Source of the DNA: Spirochaetaceae bacterium
GTDB lineage: Bacteria > Spirochaetota > Spirochaetia > DSM-2461
DNA length: 64,000 nt
Assembly (NCBI GenBank): GCA_965224705.1
Contig: OZ245056.1
Coordinates: forward strand, 1,408,001-1,472,000
Direction: 5' to 3'
Shown here piece after piece: positions 1 to 11,300 of the stretch. Made by a program: the position numbers and the translations under genes. The number at the start of each line of letters is the position of its first letter. Within the stretch, counting starts at the first letter, position 1. A model generated the notes under the pieces. That model made no database searches, was not told the origin of the DNA, and was given only the letters and a program-made list of their open reading frames with translations.

Positions 1-446
1 TGAGATAGCTTATCTTTCTTGTTTCTTTCCACGACTTCAAACACCAGATCTCCTCCCAATTTATCTAAAGCATTAACAAATGTTTCTATTCGTCTTTGCT
101 TATTTGGTTTTTCCATTTTTCTTATCATTGGTTGACTAACACCTAATTTATCAGCTAATTCTTTCTGTGTTAATCCATCTTTGAGTCTCAGCAGTTTTAT
201 GGCAAGAGAAAGAGCAAGTGACGGTTTCAGATGTATTTCGAATTCATTTTTCTCTTTGTTGGATGGCAAAGGGATGGTTCTTTCTTTTTCAAGGTAGTAG
301 GCAACAGTTGTATTGAGTGCCTCAGTTGCCATACTCAATGCTTCATTAAGCGATTCTCCAGAAGTTATAATTTCAGTAAAATCCTTGAATGATACAATGC
401 ACTCATTTTCTTTTTCGACTATTGCGCATGGATAAGCTAATTTCAT
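1..446 (-). CDS. hicB: HicB-family antitoxin with C-terminal XRE-type HTH (3' end runs off window)
   Basis: Manual translation from ATG at 446: MKLAYPCAIVEKENECIVSFKDFTEIITSGESLNEALSMATEAL...LRLKDGLTQKELADKLGVSQPMIRKMEK. HicB N-terminal pattern plus HTH; ATGA overlap with the upstream hicA stop. Confidence 0.88.
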   Translation of the reverse strand, partial: MKLAYPCAIVEKENECIVSFKDFTEIITSGESLNEALSMATEALNTTVAYYLEKERTIPLPSNKEKNEFEIHLKPSLALSLAIKLLRLKDGLTQKELADKLGVSQPMIRKMEKPNKQRRIETFVNALDKLGGDLVFEVVERNKKDKLS

Positions 447-627
447 AATAGTTTTACCCCTGTTTGTTTCTCTATGGCTTTAACAACAGGTCTTTTTACA
501 TCCCTGGATCCATGAAATCCAATAACAGTAACCTTTCCATCTTTTTCAAATATGTAATGAGATCCGTTTATGCGTTTCAATTTCCAGCTATTTTTTTAAG
601 GATGTTTATAATTTCTCTTCCCCTCAT
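443..627 (-). pseudogene. hicA: HicA-family toxin, frameshifted in an A7 run
   Basis: ATG627 reads MRGREIINILKK then stops early. Adding one A to the run at 591-597 gives ...LKKNSWKLKRINGSHYIFEKDGKVTVIGFHGSRDVKRPVVKAIEKQTGVKLL* with the HicA GSH motif. Span is 185 nt, not a multiple of 3. Confidence 0.85.
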
Positions 628-632
628 ACATG

Positions 633-661
633 AATATAGTCCATAGGTTATTTTATTTCAA
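633..661 (-). promoter_or_regulatory. sigma70-type promoter of hicAB
   Basis: TTGAAA-17 bp-TATATT on the minus strand, ending 5 nt before the hicA ATG. Confidence 0.6.
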
Positions 662-774
662 GTTTCCGATATACGTTTATGGGGGACTCTTTGGCTATCG
701 TTGCGGCAAGCTGTTAATTCCTATTTCAAAAGCACCATCTCCCACTGATTTGATTATGAAAAGTCCCTTCTTTA

Positions 775-1023
775 GTGCGCTTGAAGACTATAAGTGCTGC
801 GGCACTGGATAGGATTTTTGCCAAGGAACTTAAAAGGCTCAAAGATCAAGGGGGAGGCGGCATTGATAGATCGGATACCATACGAATCTTTGGATATTGG
901 GAAGGTGTTCAGCCGGGCCATTTTCAGATTGACTGCGTTGAACATGAGGGAGGTCATTATCTACTCAAAAAAGAATCAAACTCATTCGCCTACAGCATTA
1001 TACACCAATTACATGATTACTGA
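775..1023 (+). pseudogene. Remnant of an rve/integrase-core type transposase
   Basis: ISAAALDRIF...IRIFGYWEGVQPGHFQIDCVEHEGG resembles the SAATIDR...W...PG..E.D.V.H.GG segment of integrase-core transposases; truncated on both sides. Confidence 0.5.
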
Positions 1024-1193
1024 AACGTCTTTAATTCCATACCCCCAACAGTGGAATCGTATCATTTTGCCCTAAAATCCTCTCAAAAATGGAAAAACTG
1101 CGATGCAGTGCCGATTTTAGGAGATTCCACATCCAAAGAAATCTCTAATCCCCTTACTATTCCTCCCCCCATCATCCATGCTATTTTAGACCC

Positions 1194-2666
1194 ATGCCCC
1201 TTGATTACTTTGACCTGGCACATCTGCGTAAAACCCACCCCTCATGGCGTCTTATGATGGCGGACAACGGACCCCTTGTTATCAGCTTTTTTGATCGGGT
1301 CTTCCGGGAGGACAACACCCGTTACCTAAGTGAAGATGAACTGACTATGCAGCTGGAGGACTATCTTTTCGCCCTGCGGGAACACTTTGAAGACAACCCC
1401 TTTCCCCGGAGTGCCAGAGAATATCTTGACGAATGGACGGCATCCGACCGACAGTGGCTGCGCAAGTTCTACCCCCAGGGCAGCGACATCCCCCACTACG
1501 ATCTGACACCGGGCACCGAGAGGGTGCTGCAGTGGACTGACGGCCTCTTCGGTACAGGCTTCGTGGGTACCGAAAGCCGCCTGAATACCAGCATAGAACT
1601 GCTCAGGCAGATTGTTCACGGAGTGGAAGAAGATAAAGATAGGCGAATTAAGGAACTGGAAGCCCAGAGACAGCAGATAAACCGGCAGATTAAAGATATC
1701 AAAGAAGGGCATATAGAGATTCTCGGCGACCGCCAGGTACGGGAGCGTTTCCTTCAGTTCCAACGGACAGCCCGGGAACTTCTTAGCGATTTCAGGGCGG
1801 TGGAACACCATTTCCGTGAGTTGGATCTCCGTGTCAGGGAGCAGATTGCCGCCTGGGACGGTGAGAAGGGCGAACTGCTGGAGAATTTCTTCGGCAGCCA
1901 TGATCAAATCAGTGAATCCGACGAAGGACAGAGCTTCAAGGCCTTCTGGGATTTCCTTATGTCGCCTTCCAGTCAGGAGGAGATGAGCGCTCTTCTCGAC
2001 CGGATTCACGAACTGGAATCTCTGGCGGATCTGCTGGCGGACCGCCGCCTCCGCCGCATTCATTTCGACTGGATGGCCGCCGGTGAGCAGACCCAGCGCA
2101 CCGTGGCCCGCCTCTCCAAACAACTAAGAACTTATCTTGATAATCGGGCTTTCTGGGAAAATCGCCGTATTACCGAGATTCTCGATAATATTGAAAAGAA
2201 AGCCGTCAATTTGCGGGAAGAGCCCCCTGAAGAGGACGATTTTATGGAACTGGAAGGCTGCAAACCAGTCTTAAATCTCCCCATGACCCAGGCCCTCTTT
2301 AAGCCTCCCGAAAAGATTGAGCTTGTCTCACTCATCGAACCGGGTGATGAAAAGAATGTGGATACTTCCAGGCTTTACGACCTGGTTATGCTGGACAAGG
2401 CCCGCTTACGCAATAACATCAAAACAGAACTGGAAGACCGCAGTCAGATTCGCCTGCAGCAGATCATCGAAGCGCATCCCCTTAAGGAAGGACTGGCCGA
2501 ACTGGTAACCTACGTCCATCTGGCCGAAGAAGATCCCCTGGCCCTGATTCATGAGGATCAACAGGACGAAGTCCAGTGGAAGGCGGAAACAGGTCTGACG
2601 CGCCGGGCCCGGCTGCCCCGTATTGTGTTTAATCGGCGGTCTGACGAAGACAAGAAAACACTATAA
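1194..2666 (+). CDS. jetA: Wadjet type I JetA (DUF3375-type)
   Basis: 490 aa; N-terminal HPSWRLMMADNGPL, FVGTESRL, SDEGQSFKAFWDFL; first gene of a four-gene operon with an SMC ATPase. Confidence 0.92.
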   Translation: MPLDYFDLAHLRKTHPSWRLMMADNGPLVISFFDRVFREDNTRYLSEDELTMQLEDYLFALREHFEDNPFPRSAREYLDEWTASDRQWLRKFYPQGSDIPHYDLTPGTERVLQWTDGLFGTGFVGTESRLNTSIELLRQIVHGVEEDKDRRIKELEAQRQQINRQIKDIKEGHIEILGDRQVRERFLQFQRTARELLSDFRAVEHHFRELDLRVREQIAAWDGEKGELLENFFGSHDQISESDEGQSFKAFWDFLMSPSSQEEMSALLDRIHELESLADLLADRRLRRIHFDWMAAGEQTQRTVARLSKQLRTYLDNRAFWENRRITEILDNIEKKAVNLREEPPEEDDFMELEGCKPVLNLPMTQALFKPPEKIELVSLIEPGDEKNVDTSRLYDLVMLDKARLRNNIKTELEDRSQIRLQQIIEAHPLKEGLAELVTYVHLAEEDPLALIHEDQQDEVQWKAETGLTRRARLPRIVFNRRSDEDKKTL

Positions 2667-3250
2667 TGGAACAGCGGAAAGAGGAGCACCTGTCCCTTGT
2701 CCTAACGAGTCTCATGAAGGGCATAGTGTATCGGGAGGACAAACCCGAATTGTGGAACCAGCTTCTGAACCTACAGGGACCTGTCCGGGACTATCTAAAA
2801 GTGATGGGACTGGATGTCAGTATCTACGAAACCGATGGATTCGCCTATCTGGAAACCCTGGAAACCGGGGAAGGAGAATCCCCCGTGCCCCGGCTTATTA
2901 TCCGCCGGCAGCTCTCCTATCCCGTTAGCCTTATGCTGGCCCTTCTCAGGCGTAAGCTGACCGAGCACGATGCCTATTCGGGAGAAGTCCGGCTTATTCT
3001 GGATAAAGACGAGGTCACGGACATGCTTACGGCCTTCTTCTCTGTGGGAAGCAATGAGGTCAAATACCTCAAACGCATCGACAGCTATCTGCAGAAAATA
3101 CATGATCTGGGCTTCATCCGTTTGTTTGGAGATAAGAAGGATAAAATAGAAGTGAAACGCATTCTTAAGGCCTTTGTGGATGCCCAGTGGCTGAGTGACC
3201 TGGATGCCCGCCTTGAGGAGTATCGGAACCATGGAGAAAACCATGAGTGA
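2666..3250 (+). CDS. jetB: Wadjet JetB (DUF4194-type)
   Basis: 194 aa; LMKGIVYRE, PRLIIRRQLSYPVSLMLALLRRKL, EVKRILKAFVDAQWL; translationally coupled to jetA. Confidence 0.92.
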   Translation: MEQRKEEHLSLVLTSLMKGIVYREDKPELWNQLLNLQGPVRDYLKVMGLDVSIYETDGFAYLETLETGEGESPVPRLIIRRQLSYPVSLMLALLRRKLTEHDAYSGEVRLILDKDEVTDMLTAFFSVGSNEVKYLKRIDSYLQKIHDLGFIRLFGDKKDKIEVKRILKAFVDAQWLSDLDARLEEYRNHGENHE

Positions 3251-6200
3251 CGGCTTTCTTGAGTTTTCCGCGGACGACACCACCGCCGGTTTCCGCCTGA
3301 TACGGATGGAACTCTATAACTGGGGTACCTTCAACAACCGAATCTGGTCGCTGCCCCTTAAAGGGCGGAACGGCCTGCTCACCGGCGATATTGGCTCGGG
3401 AAAATCCACGGTGGTCGATGCCGTGACGACCCTTCTGGTCCCCGCCCATCGTGTGGCCTACAACAAGGCCGCCGGAGCGGATTACAGGGAGCGTTCCCTC
3501 CGGTCCTATGTGCTGGGTTATTACAAATCCGAGCGCAGTGACGGGGGCTTCTCGGCCAAACCCGTAGCATTGCGAAAGGAAGGAACCTTTCATTCGGTGA
3601 TTCTGGGAGTCTTTCACAATGAGGGCTATAATCAGACGGTAACTCTGGCGCAGGTGTTTCGCCAGAAGGACCATACAGGGCAGCCCGACCGGTTTTATGT
3701 GGTCGGCGACACCCCCATGTCAATAAGGGAACACTTCTCCGATTTCGGAAACGACATAAACGCTCTCCGCAGGCGGCTGCGCGGCCTGGAATATACGGAG
3801 CTTCATGACTCCTTTCCCCCCTATGGGGCGGCCTTCAGACGGCGCTTCGGCATCAAAAATGAACAGGCGCTGGAACTCTTTCATCAGACAGTCTCGCTCA
3901 AGGCTGTCGGTAATCTGACATCCTTCGTGCGGGAGCACATGCTTGAAGCCTTCGATGCCGGGACGGGCATTGAAAACCTTATTCAGCACTTTGAAGATCT
4001 GAACACGGCCCATGATGCCATTCTCAGAGCAAAGGCCCAGATAGCCGCCTTGACACCGCTGGTGGAGTCCCTGGACCGCCATCAGGAAACCCAACTGGAG
4101 CTGGAAACCCTGACCGCCGCCCGCAATGGCCTGCAGGCCTATTTTGCCAATTTGAAGAAGAGGTTTCTTGAAGAGCGTATCGGTCAGGAAGAACTCAAGG
4201 CGGAAAAACTGGCACTCCGCCGGGAAGCCTGCAAAGAACGCCTCTCGGAATTGAAATCCGATCGGGACGAGATTAAGCAGGCCATCGCTGTCAACGGGGG
4301 AGACCGTCTGGAAACCCTTAAAAGTGAGGCACGGCGTGTTAGTGCCGAGAAAGATAAGCGCATCGGCAAGGCGGGGGATTATAATAATCTGGCCCGCAGT
4401 CTGGAGCTTCCCGAATTGAAAGATTCCGGGGTATTTACCGATAACCGCAGCCGTCTGGAAGAACTGTTGTCCGACACGGACGCCAGGAAGGGTGAGCACT
4501 CAAACAGACACTCTGACGTGGAGTATGCATTCCGGGGCCTTCAAGACGAGCATGCCGAACTGGCGGCGGAAATTGCATCATTGAAGCGGCGCAAAAGCAA
4601 TATTGCCTCCCGGCAGATCGATATTCGTACTCGCCTATGCCAGGATCTGGATATTGAAGAGGAAAGGCTGCCCTTTGCCGGGGAACTCATGGCGGTTCGG
4701 GAGGATGAAACGGCATGGGAGGGCGCCGCCGAAAGGGTTCTTCGCAATTTCGGCCTTTCCCTTCTGGTTCCCGAAGATCTCTATGCGCAAGTGCTGCAGT
4801 GGGTGGATGAGACAGGCCTTAAGGGACGTCTTGTGTACTATCGTGTCGGTTCATTCAAAGCGGTGCCCCATCAGCCTCATGGGGCACAGTCCCTTATCAA
4901 CAAGATATCGCTGAAAAAGGACAGCTCCCACCATGACTGGCTTAAGGATCAATTGATTCGGCGTTTCGACTTTAGCTGCTGCAAGACCCTGGAAGAATTT
5001 CGCCGCAGCGGAAAGGGGCTGACCAGGGCCGGTCAGATTAAGGGCTCGTCTCTGCGTCACGAGAAAGACGACCGCCACGACATTGACGATCGCAGCCGCT
5101 ACGTTCTGGGCTGGACCAATCAAGTTAAGATTAGCGCTCTTGAAAAACGCCGGGACAAGCTGGAACACAGCATCGCCGATCGGGGGACTGAACTGGCCGG
5201 TCTTCAAAAGAAAATGACGGCCCTGGAAGAGAGGGGCGATCGTATAAAGGAACTCCGGTATTTCACGGTCTTTGATGATTTGGACTGGAAACCCCTGGCC
5301 CTGCGCCTCGATGAGCTTAGTGCCGAAATCAACACTCTTGAAAACCGTTCGGATCTTTTGAAATCTCTCCAGGAACGTCTGCGCAGTGTCGAGACCGATA
5401 TTGCCGAGACTGAGAACTCTTTGGACGAGATTAAACGGGGTATTGCGACGATTGAAGCGAAAATTGAAGGACACCGGGAGGCAGCCCTCCGGGAAGAGGA
5501 AATTCTGGCTTCTGTCGAAACAGCCCCGGAAGATGTGTCCGCCCTAATCGACCCATTTCTTAAAAAACATCTGCCGGATCGCAAGCTTTATCTTGAAACC
5601 TGTCCCAAGGCCGAGAGTGATCTGCGGTCGGAATTGCAGACCTTCATTGATAGCGGGCGGAAAAGACTAGACCGGCTACTCCAGTCCATCATCAGTACCA
5701 TGGAGACTTTTCGCCGGGATTATCCCTCTGAAACCCGGGATATGGATGCCGCCATTGAAGCTGGCGGTGAATACCGGAATTTTCTTGGGCGTTTAACGCG
5801 CGATAATTTGCCCCGGTTTGAGGCCCAGTTCAAGACTTTGCTCAATGAAAACACCATCAGAGAGATTGCCGGATTTCAGGCCCAGTTGAATACGGAAGTG
5901 CAGAAAATAAAGGAAAAAATCGACCGCATTAACAAGTCCTTGTCTGAGATTGAATACAACAAGGACCGCTACATCTATCTCGAAGCCATCAATACCAACG
6001 ACCCGGAAATACGTGATTTCCGTCAGGAACTGAAGGCCTGTATTGAAGGCGCGTTCACGGGCGGCGGTGATGAGCAGTACACGGAGGCCAAATTTCTGCA
6101 GGTTAAGGAAATTGTTGATCGTTTCAAAGGCCGGGAAGGACGCTCCGACAGCGACAGCCGCTGGACGAATAAGGTAACGGATGTGCGGAACTGGTTCGTC

Positions 6201-6611
6201 TTTGCCGCCTCCGAACGCTGGTTTGAAGACGGCAGTGAGTACGAGCACTACACCGATTCCGGCGGTAAGTCGGGAGGGCAGAAAGAAAAACTGGCTTACA
6301 CGGTGCTGGCGGCCAGCCTGGCCTATCAGTTTGGTCTGGAATGGGGCGAGGTTCGCTCCCGCAGCTTTCGTTTTGTTATGATAGACGAGGCCTTCGGACG
6401 CGGTTCCGACGAATCGGCACAGTACGGCCTTGAGCTCTTCAGGAAGTTGAATCTCCAGCTTCTCATCATCACGCCTTTGCAGAAGATCCATATTATAGAG
6501 CCCTATGTCTCCACGGTGGGTTTTGTCAGTAATGAAGAGGGACAAAACTCCCTGCTGCGCTGTTTGACCATAGAAGAGTACCGGGATGAAAAGGCAGCGA
6601 AAAAATCATGA
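3243..6611 (+). CDS. jetC: Wadjet JetC, SMC-like ATPase
   Basis: YNWGTF, Walker A GDIGSGKST, long coiled coil, signature KSGGQKEKLAY, Walker B MIDEAF; start taken at ATG 3243, overlapping the jetB end. Confidence 0.95.
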   Translation: MSDGFLEFSADDTTAGFRLIRMELYNWGTFNNRIWSLPLKGRNGLLTGDIGSGKSTVVDAVTTLLVPAHRVAYNKAAGADYRERSLRSYVLGYYKSERSDGGFSAKPVALRKEGTFHSVILGVFHNEGYNQTVTLAQVFRQKDHTGQPDRFYVVGDTPMSIREHFSDFGNDINALRRRLRGLEYTELHDSFPPYGAAFRRRFGIKNEQALELFHQTVSLKAVGNLTSFVREHMLEAFDAGTGIENLIQHFEDLNTAHDAILRAKAQIAALTPLVESLDRHQETQLELETLTAARNGLQAYFANLKKRFLEERIGQEELKAEKLALRREACKERLSELKSDRDEIKQAIAVNGGDRLETLKSEARRVSAEKDKRIGKAGDYNNLARSLELPELKDSGVFTDNRSRLEELLSDTDARKGEHSNRHSDVEYAFRGLQDEHAELAAEIASLKRRKSNIASRQIDIRTRLCQDLDIEEERLPFAGELMAVREDETAWEGAAERVLRNFGLSLLVPEDLYAQVLQWVDETGLKGRLVYYRVGSFKAVPHQPHGAQSLINKISLKKDSSHHDWLKDQLIRRFDFSCCKTLEEFRRSGKGLTRAGQIKGSSLRHEKDDRHDIDDRSRYVLGWTNQVKISALEKRRDKLEHSIADRGTELAGLQKKMTALEERGDRIKELRYFTVFDDLDWKPLALRLDELSAEINTLENRSDLLKSLQERLRSVETDIAETENSLDEIKRGIATIEAKIEGHREAALREEEILASVETAPEDVSALIDPFLKKHLPDRKLYLETCPKAESDLRSELQTFIDSGRKRLDRLLQSIISTMETFRRDYPSETRDMDAAIEAGGEYRNFLGRLTRDNLPRFEAQFKTLLNENTIREIAGFQAQLNTEVQKIKEKIDRINKSLSEIEYNKDRYIYLEAINTNDPEIRDFRQELKACIEGAFTGGGDEQYTEAKFLQVKEIVDRFKGREGRSDSDSRWTNKVTDVRNWFVFAASERWFEDGSEYEHYTDSGGKSGGQKEKLAYTVLAASLAYQFGLEWGEVRSRSFRFVMIDEAFGRGSDESAQYGLELFRKLNLQLLIITPLQKIHIIEPYVSTVGFVSNEEGQNSLLRCLTIEEYRDEKAAKKS

Positions 6612-7807
6612 AAACACCGGAGGACGTTCGGGAACTTCTGCTGAAGAAATGGAAGACCGGCCGTTATTTTTTTGAAGAGAACTACCCCCTGTCTGTGACT
6701 CTGGGCCTTCCTTCCGCGGCCTCTATGACAGACAGATTCAACGAGCTGCGCCGCTGGGCTTCTGACTGGCAGAAAAAAGAGAGTTCCGCCTGTCCCCTGG
6801 AGTGGAAGGAGATAAATCACAGACTGCTGGGTAAAAACCGCCTGCCCGGAGCCCTTGTTTTCCATGTCCCCGAGACTCTGGCCCGGTATATCGGGCGTTT
6901 GGGAGAGCTTAAAACCTATGTGAAGCTTCGTGAGATTCTTCATAAGGCGGATTCCAGACTGGCCGCCGAATGGGCCGATACTCATCCCTTTGATCTGATT
7001 GCCTGTGCTGATGATCTGCCCCGTTTAATAATTCTCTGGCAATGGATGCTCTCTCACCCCCGTCCGGGTCTCTATCTCCGGCAGATCAATCTTCCCGGTA
7101 TTGATACGAAATTCACGGCACAATACAGAAGAGTTCTGGCTGAGTGGCTGGATTTGACCCTGCCGCCGGATCATATCGATGAAACCTTCAGCGGCGTGAA
7201 GCATTTTGAGGAACGCTACGGCTTCAGAAAGAAACCCGAACTCATCCGTTTCCGTATCCTCGATCCCGCCCTGGCGAAGCCATGGAAGGAATGCAGGGAC
7301 ATCAGCATTCCTTCTGAAGAATTCTGCCAGTTGTACAGCCATGTTTCCGGCAGCCCCCGCGAATCGGCCTGCCCATTTGAGAAGGTCTTCGTCGTGGAGA
7401 ATGACATTACAGCCCTTTCTTTTCCCGAGCTGGAAAAAGGTCTGATTATTTTTGGTCGGGGCTATAACTTTAGCTCATGGAGTGAAGCCGCCTGGCTGAA
7501 GGTGCTGGATCTGTATTACTGGGGAGACATCGACACCCATGGTTTCAGAATCCTTGATGAATTCCGTTCCTTCTTTCCCTGTGCCCGCTCCATCCTTATG
7601 GATCGGCAGACCCTTCTTGACCATGAAGCTTCCTGGGGGGAAGAGAAAGCACCCCAGTCGGCGGAACTTACCCACCTTACGGAAGAAGAAGGAATGCTCT
7701 ACGACGATCTGCGCTTCAACCGCCTTCGTCCCAATCTTAGACTGGAGCAGGAATTTATCCGCATGGATTCGGTGTATGGCGTTTTGAATGGCCTGTCGCT
7801 TTTCTGA
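6608..7807 (+). CDS. jetD: Wadjet JetD, TOPRIM nuclease (DUF3322 + DUF2220 type)
   Basis: LYLRQINLPGIDTKF, TOPRIM motifs VVEND and YWGDIDTHGF, C-terminal RLEQE; ATGA overlap with jetC. Confidence 0.93.
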   Translation: MKTPEDVRELLLKKWKTGRYFFEENYPLSVTLGLPSAASMTDRFNELRRWASDWQKKESSACPLEWKEINHRLLGKNRLPGALVFHVPETLARYIGRLGELKTYVKLREILHKADSRLAAEWADTHPFDLIACADDLPRLIILWQWMLSHPRPGLYLRQINLPGIDTKFTAQYRRVLAEWLDLTLPPDHIDETFSGVKHFEERYGFRKKPELIRFRILDPALAKPWKECRDISIPSEEFCQLYSHVSGSPRESACPFEKVFVVENDITALSFPELEKGLIIFGRGYNFSSWSEAAWLKVLDLYYWGDIDTHGFRILDEFRSFFPCARSILMDRQTLLDHEASWGEEKAPQSAELTHLTEEEGMLYDDLRFNRLRPNLRLEQEFIRMDSVYGVLNGLSLF

Positions 7808-7935
7808 GCCGGATCTGATCAAAGAATCACGCCCTAAAAATATGCTGTGCCATGAAGCCTGTGTTTTCAAAAAATTTCTTCTCCGGATTTTTGCGAATAG
7901 ATGAATCCGTAGAGCCGATTCTGCTATTCTTGAAT

Positions 7936-8233
7936 TTCCAGGAGTCTGTCGGACTTTAAGGCTTCGAGGCGATTTTTGATGATTTTTTCCTGATGCAAGG
8001 CGGCAAAAACGGAGCGTAGCTGGGCTGCGTGAGCATTCTGGCAACGCAGCAGCAGGGGATGCGAGTCTATGGACTCGCATCCTGAGAGAGTGCCGAGCGA
8101 TAGCGAGGAAAAGCCGCCACGGATGGCGGCGAAAACGAACGAAGGCGGCTCGGAAGAAGCAAGCAGGAGGCTTGCTTCTGGAGAGAAGGGCAAAAATCGA
8201 GCCGTGAGGCGTAAGTCCGCCAGACTCCTGGAA
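7936..8233. mobile_element. MITE-like element (family M1), ~300 bp with terminal inverted repeats
   Basis: Left TTCCAGGAGTCTGTCGGACTT, right AAGTCCGCCAGACTCCTGGAA (1 mismatch). Left end recurs at 46474-46531 and partially at 32562-32580. No credible protein; no direct target duplication seen. Confidence 0.7.
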
Positions 8234-8266
8234 GGCATTCAGACCACTCCGAATTCCAGCCCCAAT

Positions 8267-8302
8267 AAAAAAGGCCGACGCTTCCTTAAAAAGCGCCGGC
8301 CT
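8267..8302 (-). terminator. Rho-independent terminator of the large surface-protein gene
   Basis: Minus strand AGGCCGGCGCTT-loop-AAGCGTCGGCCT followed by a T run, ~20 nt after the stop at 8325. Confidence 0.75.
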
Positions 8303-8324
8303 GGTGAAGGCTTAATCCTCGATA

Positions 8325-11300
8325 TTAGGGGATGGCCTGAATTATGGCCGCGTGGGTGCTCCAACCTGCTGCATTACCTGTTGCGTTTTTGAAGTCATCC
8401 ACAAGATCAGCCGGAACATAGATGTCTGTTAAGCTAGAGGCGCGGGAGAATGCATCAGTGTATTGTGGTACCTTTCGGTCATCAGCAGCAACACTGCTGC
8501 CGTATCTCACGGTTACGGTTGTCAGTGAGCTGCAATCTATAAATGTCTCGTTGAGGTATGCACGAGCAGTCTCATGCAAAAGCGTAAGGTCTACGCTAGT
8601 AACATTGCTCCCCTGGAACGTCTTTTGTAGATTTGTAGAAGAGGTAGTTAGGGTGACGGCAGGGTTAGCAAATGTGACCCCCTGAAAATGTTGTCCGTCG
8701 TTAAGTGTTACGTTTACTATGTTATTGAAAGCTACATTGGCACTCTGAAAGGGGTAACTACTGAGAATTATATTGGCAGGAAACGTTGGGGCTGTCAAGG
8801 TCTTCACGTTTTGAAAAGCTGCCACCCCTATGCGTGTAAGACTGGAAGGAAAAGAGCTAAGGGCTATATCCGTGCTTTGAAACGCAAAGTCGTCGATGCG
8901 GGTAACGCTGTCAGGAAGACTGGTAAGAGCTGAAAGTGAAGAATTCCCAAAGGACTTTTCATGAATTCTCTTTAGACCTTCGGGCATCGTCACCGAGGTC
9001 AAACTAGAGAACAGCAATTGTTCGCCAACGCTGTCATGCTGATAGAAGGCTCTCTCATCGGACGGAACACTGACCGGCTGCCCAATCTCCGTCACGGGTT
9101 TCTCCTGCCAGTACGCGGGGATGGTGACAGAGGTAACGAGATCGACGTCAGCCTGCGTGAGTCCAACCTTATCATAAAACACAGCGTATTCAGCATCGTT
9201 ATTTATCAGGTCGTATCTAAGCTCTGCGGTGGCTGTCAGCCATTCGGCGTGGAGGGTCGTTACATCCGTGAAGGTGTAGGAATCCCCTGAGCGGTAGGTG
9301 GTACCCGAGCCGTCAGCCGCCGTGTTCCACCCGGCAAAGGCGAAGCCGCTTCTTGTAAGGGTGCCGTAGCTTGCGTCGGGGATAGTACCCGACAACCCTG
9401 CAAGCATCGCTGCCGCAGCATTTCCCGTTCCACCGTTGACATCAAGGACAACACCCTTCGGCGTGGCGGATACCTCGCCGGAGGGAGAGCTCTCCCCGGC
9501 CGCGGTGAAGGCGACTACCTTGAAGTAGTACGTGGTCAGGTCGGTGAGTCCATCGACCATCAGGCTTGTGGCGGAGTTGCCCGCTTCCCTGGAAGGCGCT
9601 GTTCCAATGTCAAAGCCCTGGGTTGTTGAATAATAGATCCGGTATTCCGGCACGCCTGCGCTACCGCCTACAATACCATTATCAGTCGGCGCGGTCCAGG
9701 AGACTTCCACCTGGGTGCTGCCTGCAGTGGCGCTGCCAATGGTAGGCGCTCCGGGAGGGGTGTTCCCCGCAACCGGCGCGGCACTATCTTCGTCGGACGC
9801 AGGGCCCTCGCCCATGCCGGTGGTTGCCGTTACGATGACGTAGTAATTCTGGCCGTTGGCAAGGGGATCTAACTCATGCGAAGTGGCCGGAGCTTGTACG
9901 GTTGCCTTGTCGGTTGAACCCGTTGTGACACCGGTGGAGGTACCCCAATACACGGTGTATTCGCTTATCACCCCTGCAATGCCGTTGTAAATACCCTTGT
10001 CGGTGGGGGCGCTCCAGCGTACCACCAGTTTGCCATCTCCCTGGTCGATGCTGGTAATCGTGGGCTTTCCGGGAAGCGCGTCATCCGGAACCGGTGTGCC
10101 GCTATCTGCGGTGGGCGCAGGGCCCTCGCCCATGCCGGTGGTTGCCGTTACGATGACGTAGACCTCCTGGTTGTTGGTAAGACCAGTTATCTCATACGAA
10201 GTGGCCGGAGCTTGTACGGTTTGCTTGTTGGTTGAACCCGTTGTGACGCCGGAGGAGGTATCCCAATAAACGGTGTATTCGCTTATCACCCCTGCAATGC
10301 CGTTGTAAATACCCTTGTCGGTGGGGGCGCTCCAGCTTACCGTCAGTTTGCTATCTCCTGGGGCAACGCTGGTAATCGTGGGCGCTTCGGGAAGGCTGTT
10401 CGCAATCGGCGCAGCGCTTGATTCAGTGGACGCAGGGCCCTCGCCCATGCCGGTGGTTGCCGTTACGATGACGTAGTATGTATCGCCATTGGTAAGACCA
10501 CTTATCTCATGCGAAGTGGCCGGAGCTTGTACGGTTGCCTTGTCGGTTGAACCCGTTGTGACACCGGTGGAGGTACCCCAATACACGGTGTATTCGTCTA
10601 TCACTCCTTCAATGCCGTTGTAATAGCCCTTGTCGGCGGGGGCGCTCCAGCTTACCAGCAGTTTGCCATCTCTTGGGGCAACGCTGGTAATCGTGGGTGC
10701 TCCGGGAAGGCTGGCAACGCTTATCAATATGATGATTTCCTGCGTATCGCCATCGTAGACGGTGCCTGTTTTTCCTGTCGCCACTATTGTGTAGGAGGTC
10801 TGGGAACTTCCTGCCGTCGGTGTGCCAGAGATAGTTCCGTCTGCTGCAAGGCTGAGTCCTGCGGGCAGGCTTTCACCAGTTTTCATGGCGTAGGTCGCCT
10901 CACCACTGTTGGTACCGATCGGCGACTGATCCGTAATCTGAACGCCGAGGGTAAAGTCACCATCATCGTAGGTAATCGTTCCCAGAGTCGGCTTGTCTGT
11001 CACCGTCAGGGTGAAGGTGGTGGAAACCGTGCCTGAGTAGTTATTTTGGCCGGTGGCCGTTACGGTGTAGATGCCTCCATCGCCTTGGGCAATAGCTGCG
11101 GCTATGGTGATGTCGCCGGCATTGGTGATGCTGAGGTGGTTGGTTGCTACACCTGCAGGTGCCGTAATTTCCAGAATGTAGTCGTCTCCCGCCGTGAAGC
11201 CTTGGGAAATCGCTACTTGAGGAGAACCGCCCGTTCCCGCCGTTACGCTTGTAGCACCAATCGTGAGGGTGAGGCCGGCGGCTGTGAGGCTCTTTTTGGT

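Noticed and set aside
464..1257. Short plus-strand ORFs 464-646, 630-812, 794-1075, 1051-1257
   Set aside because: They overlap hicA, its promoter or the integrase remnant and show no recognisable features
1194..7807. Wadjet as the novel system
   Set aside because: Canonical jetABCD order and motifs; already described
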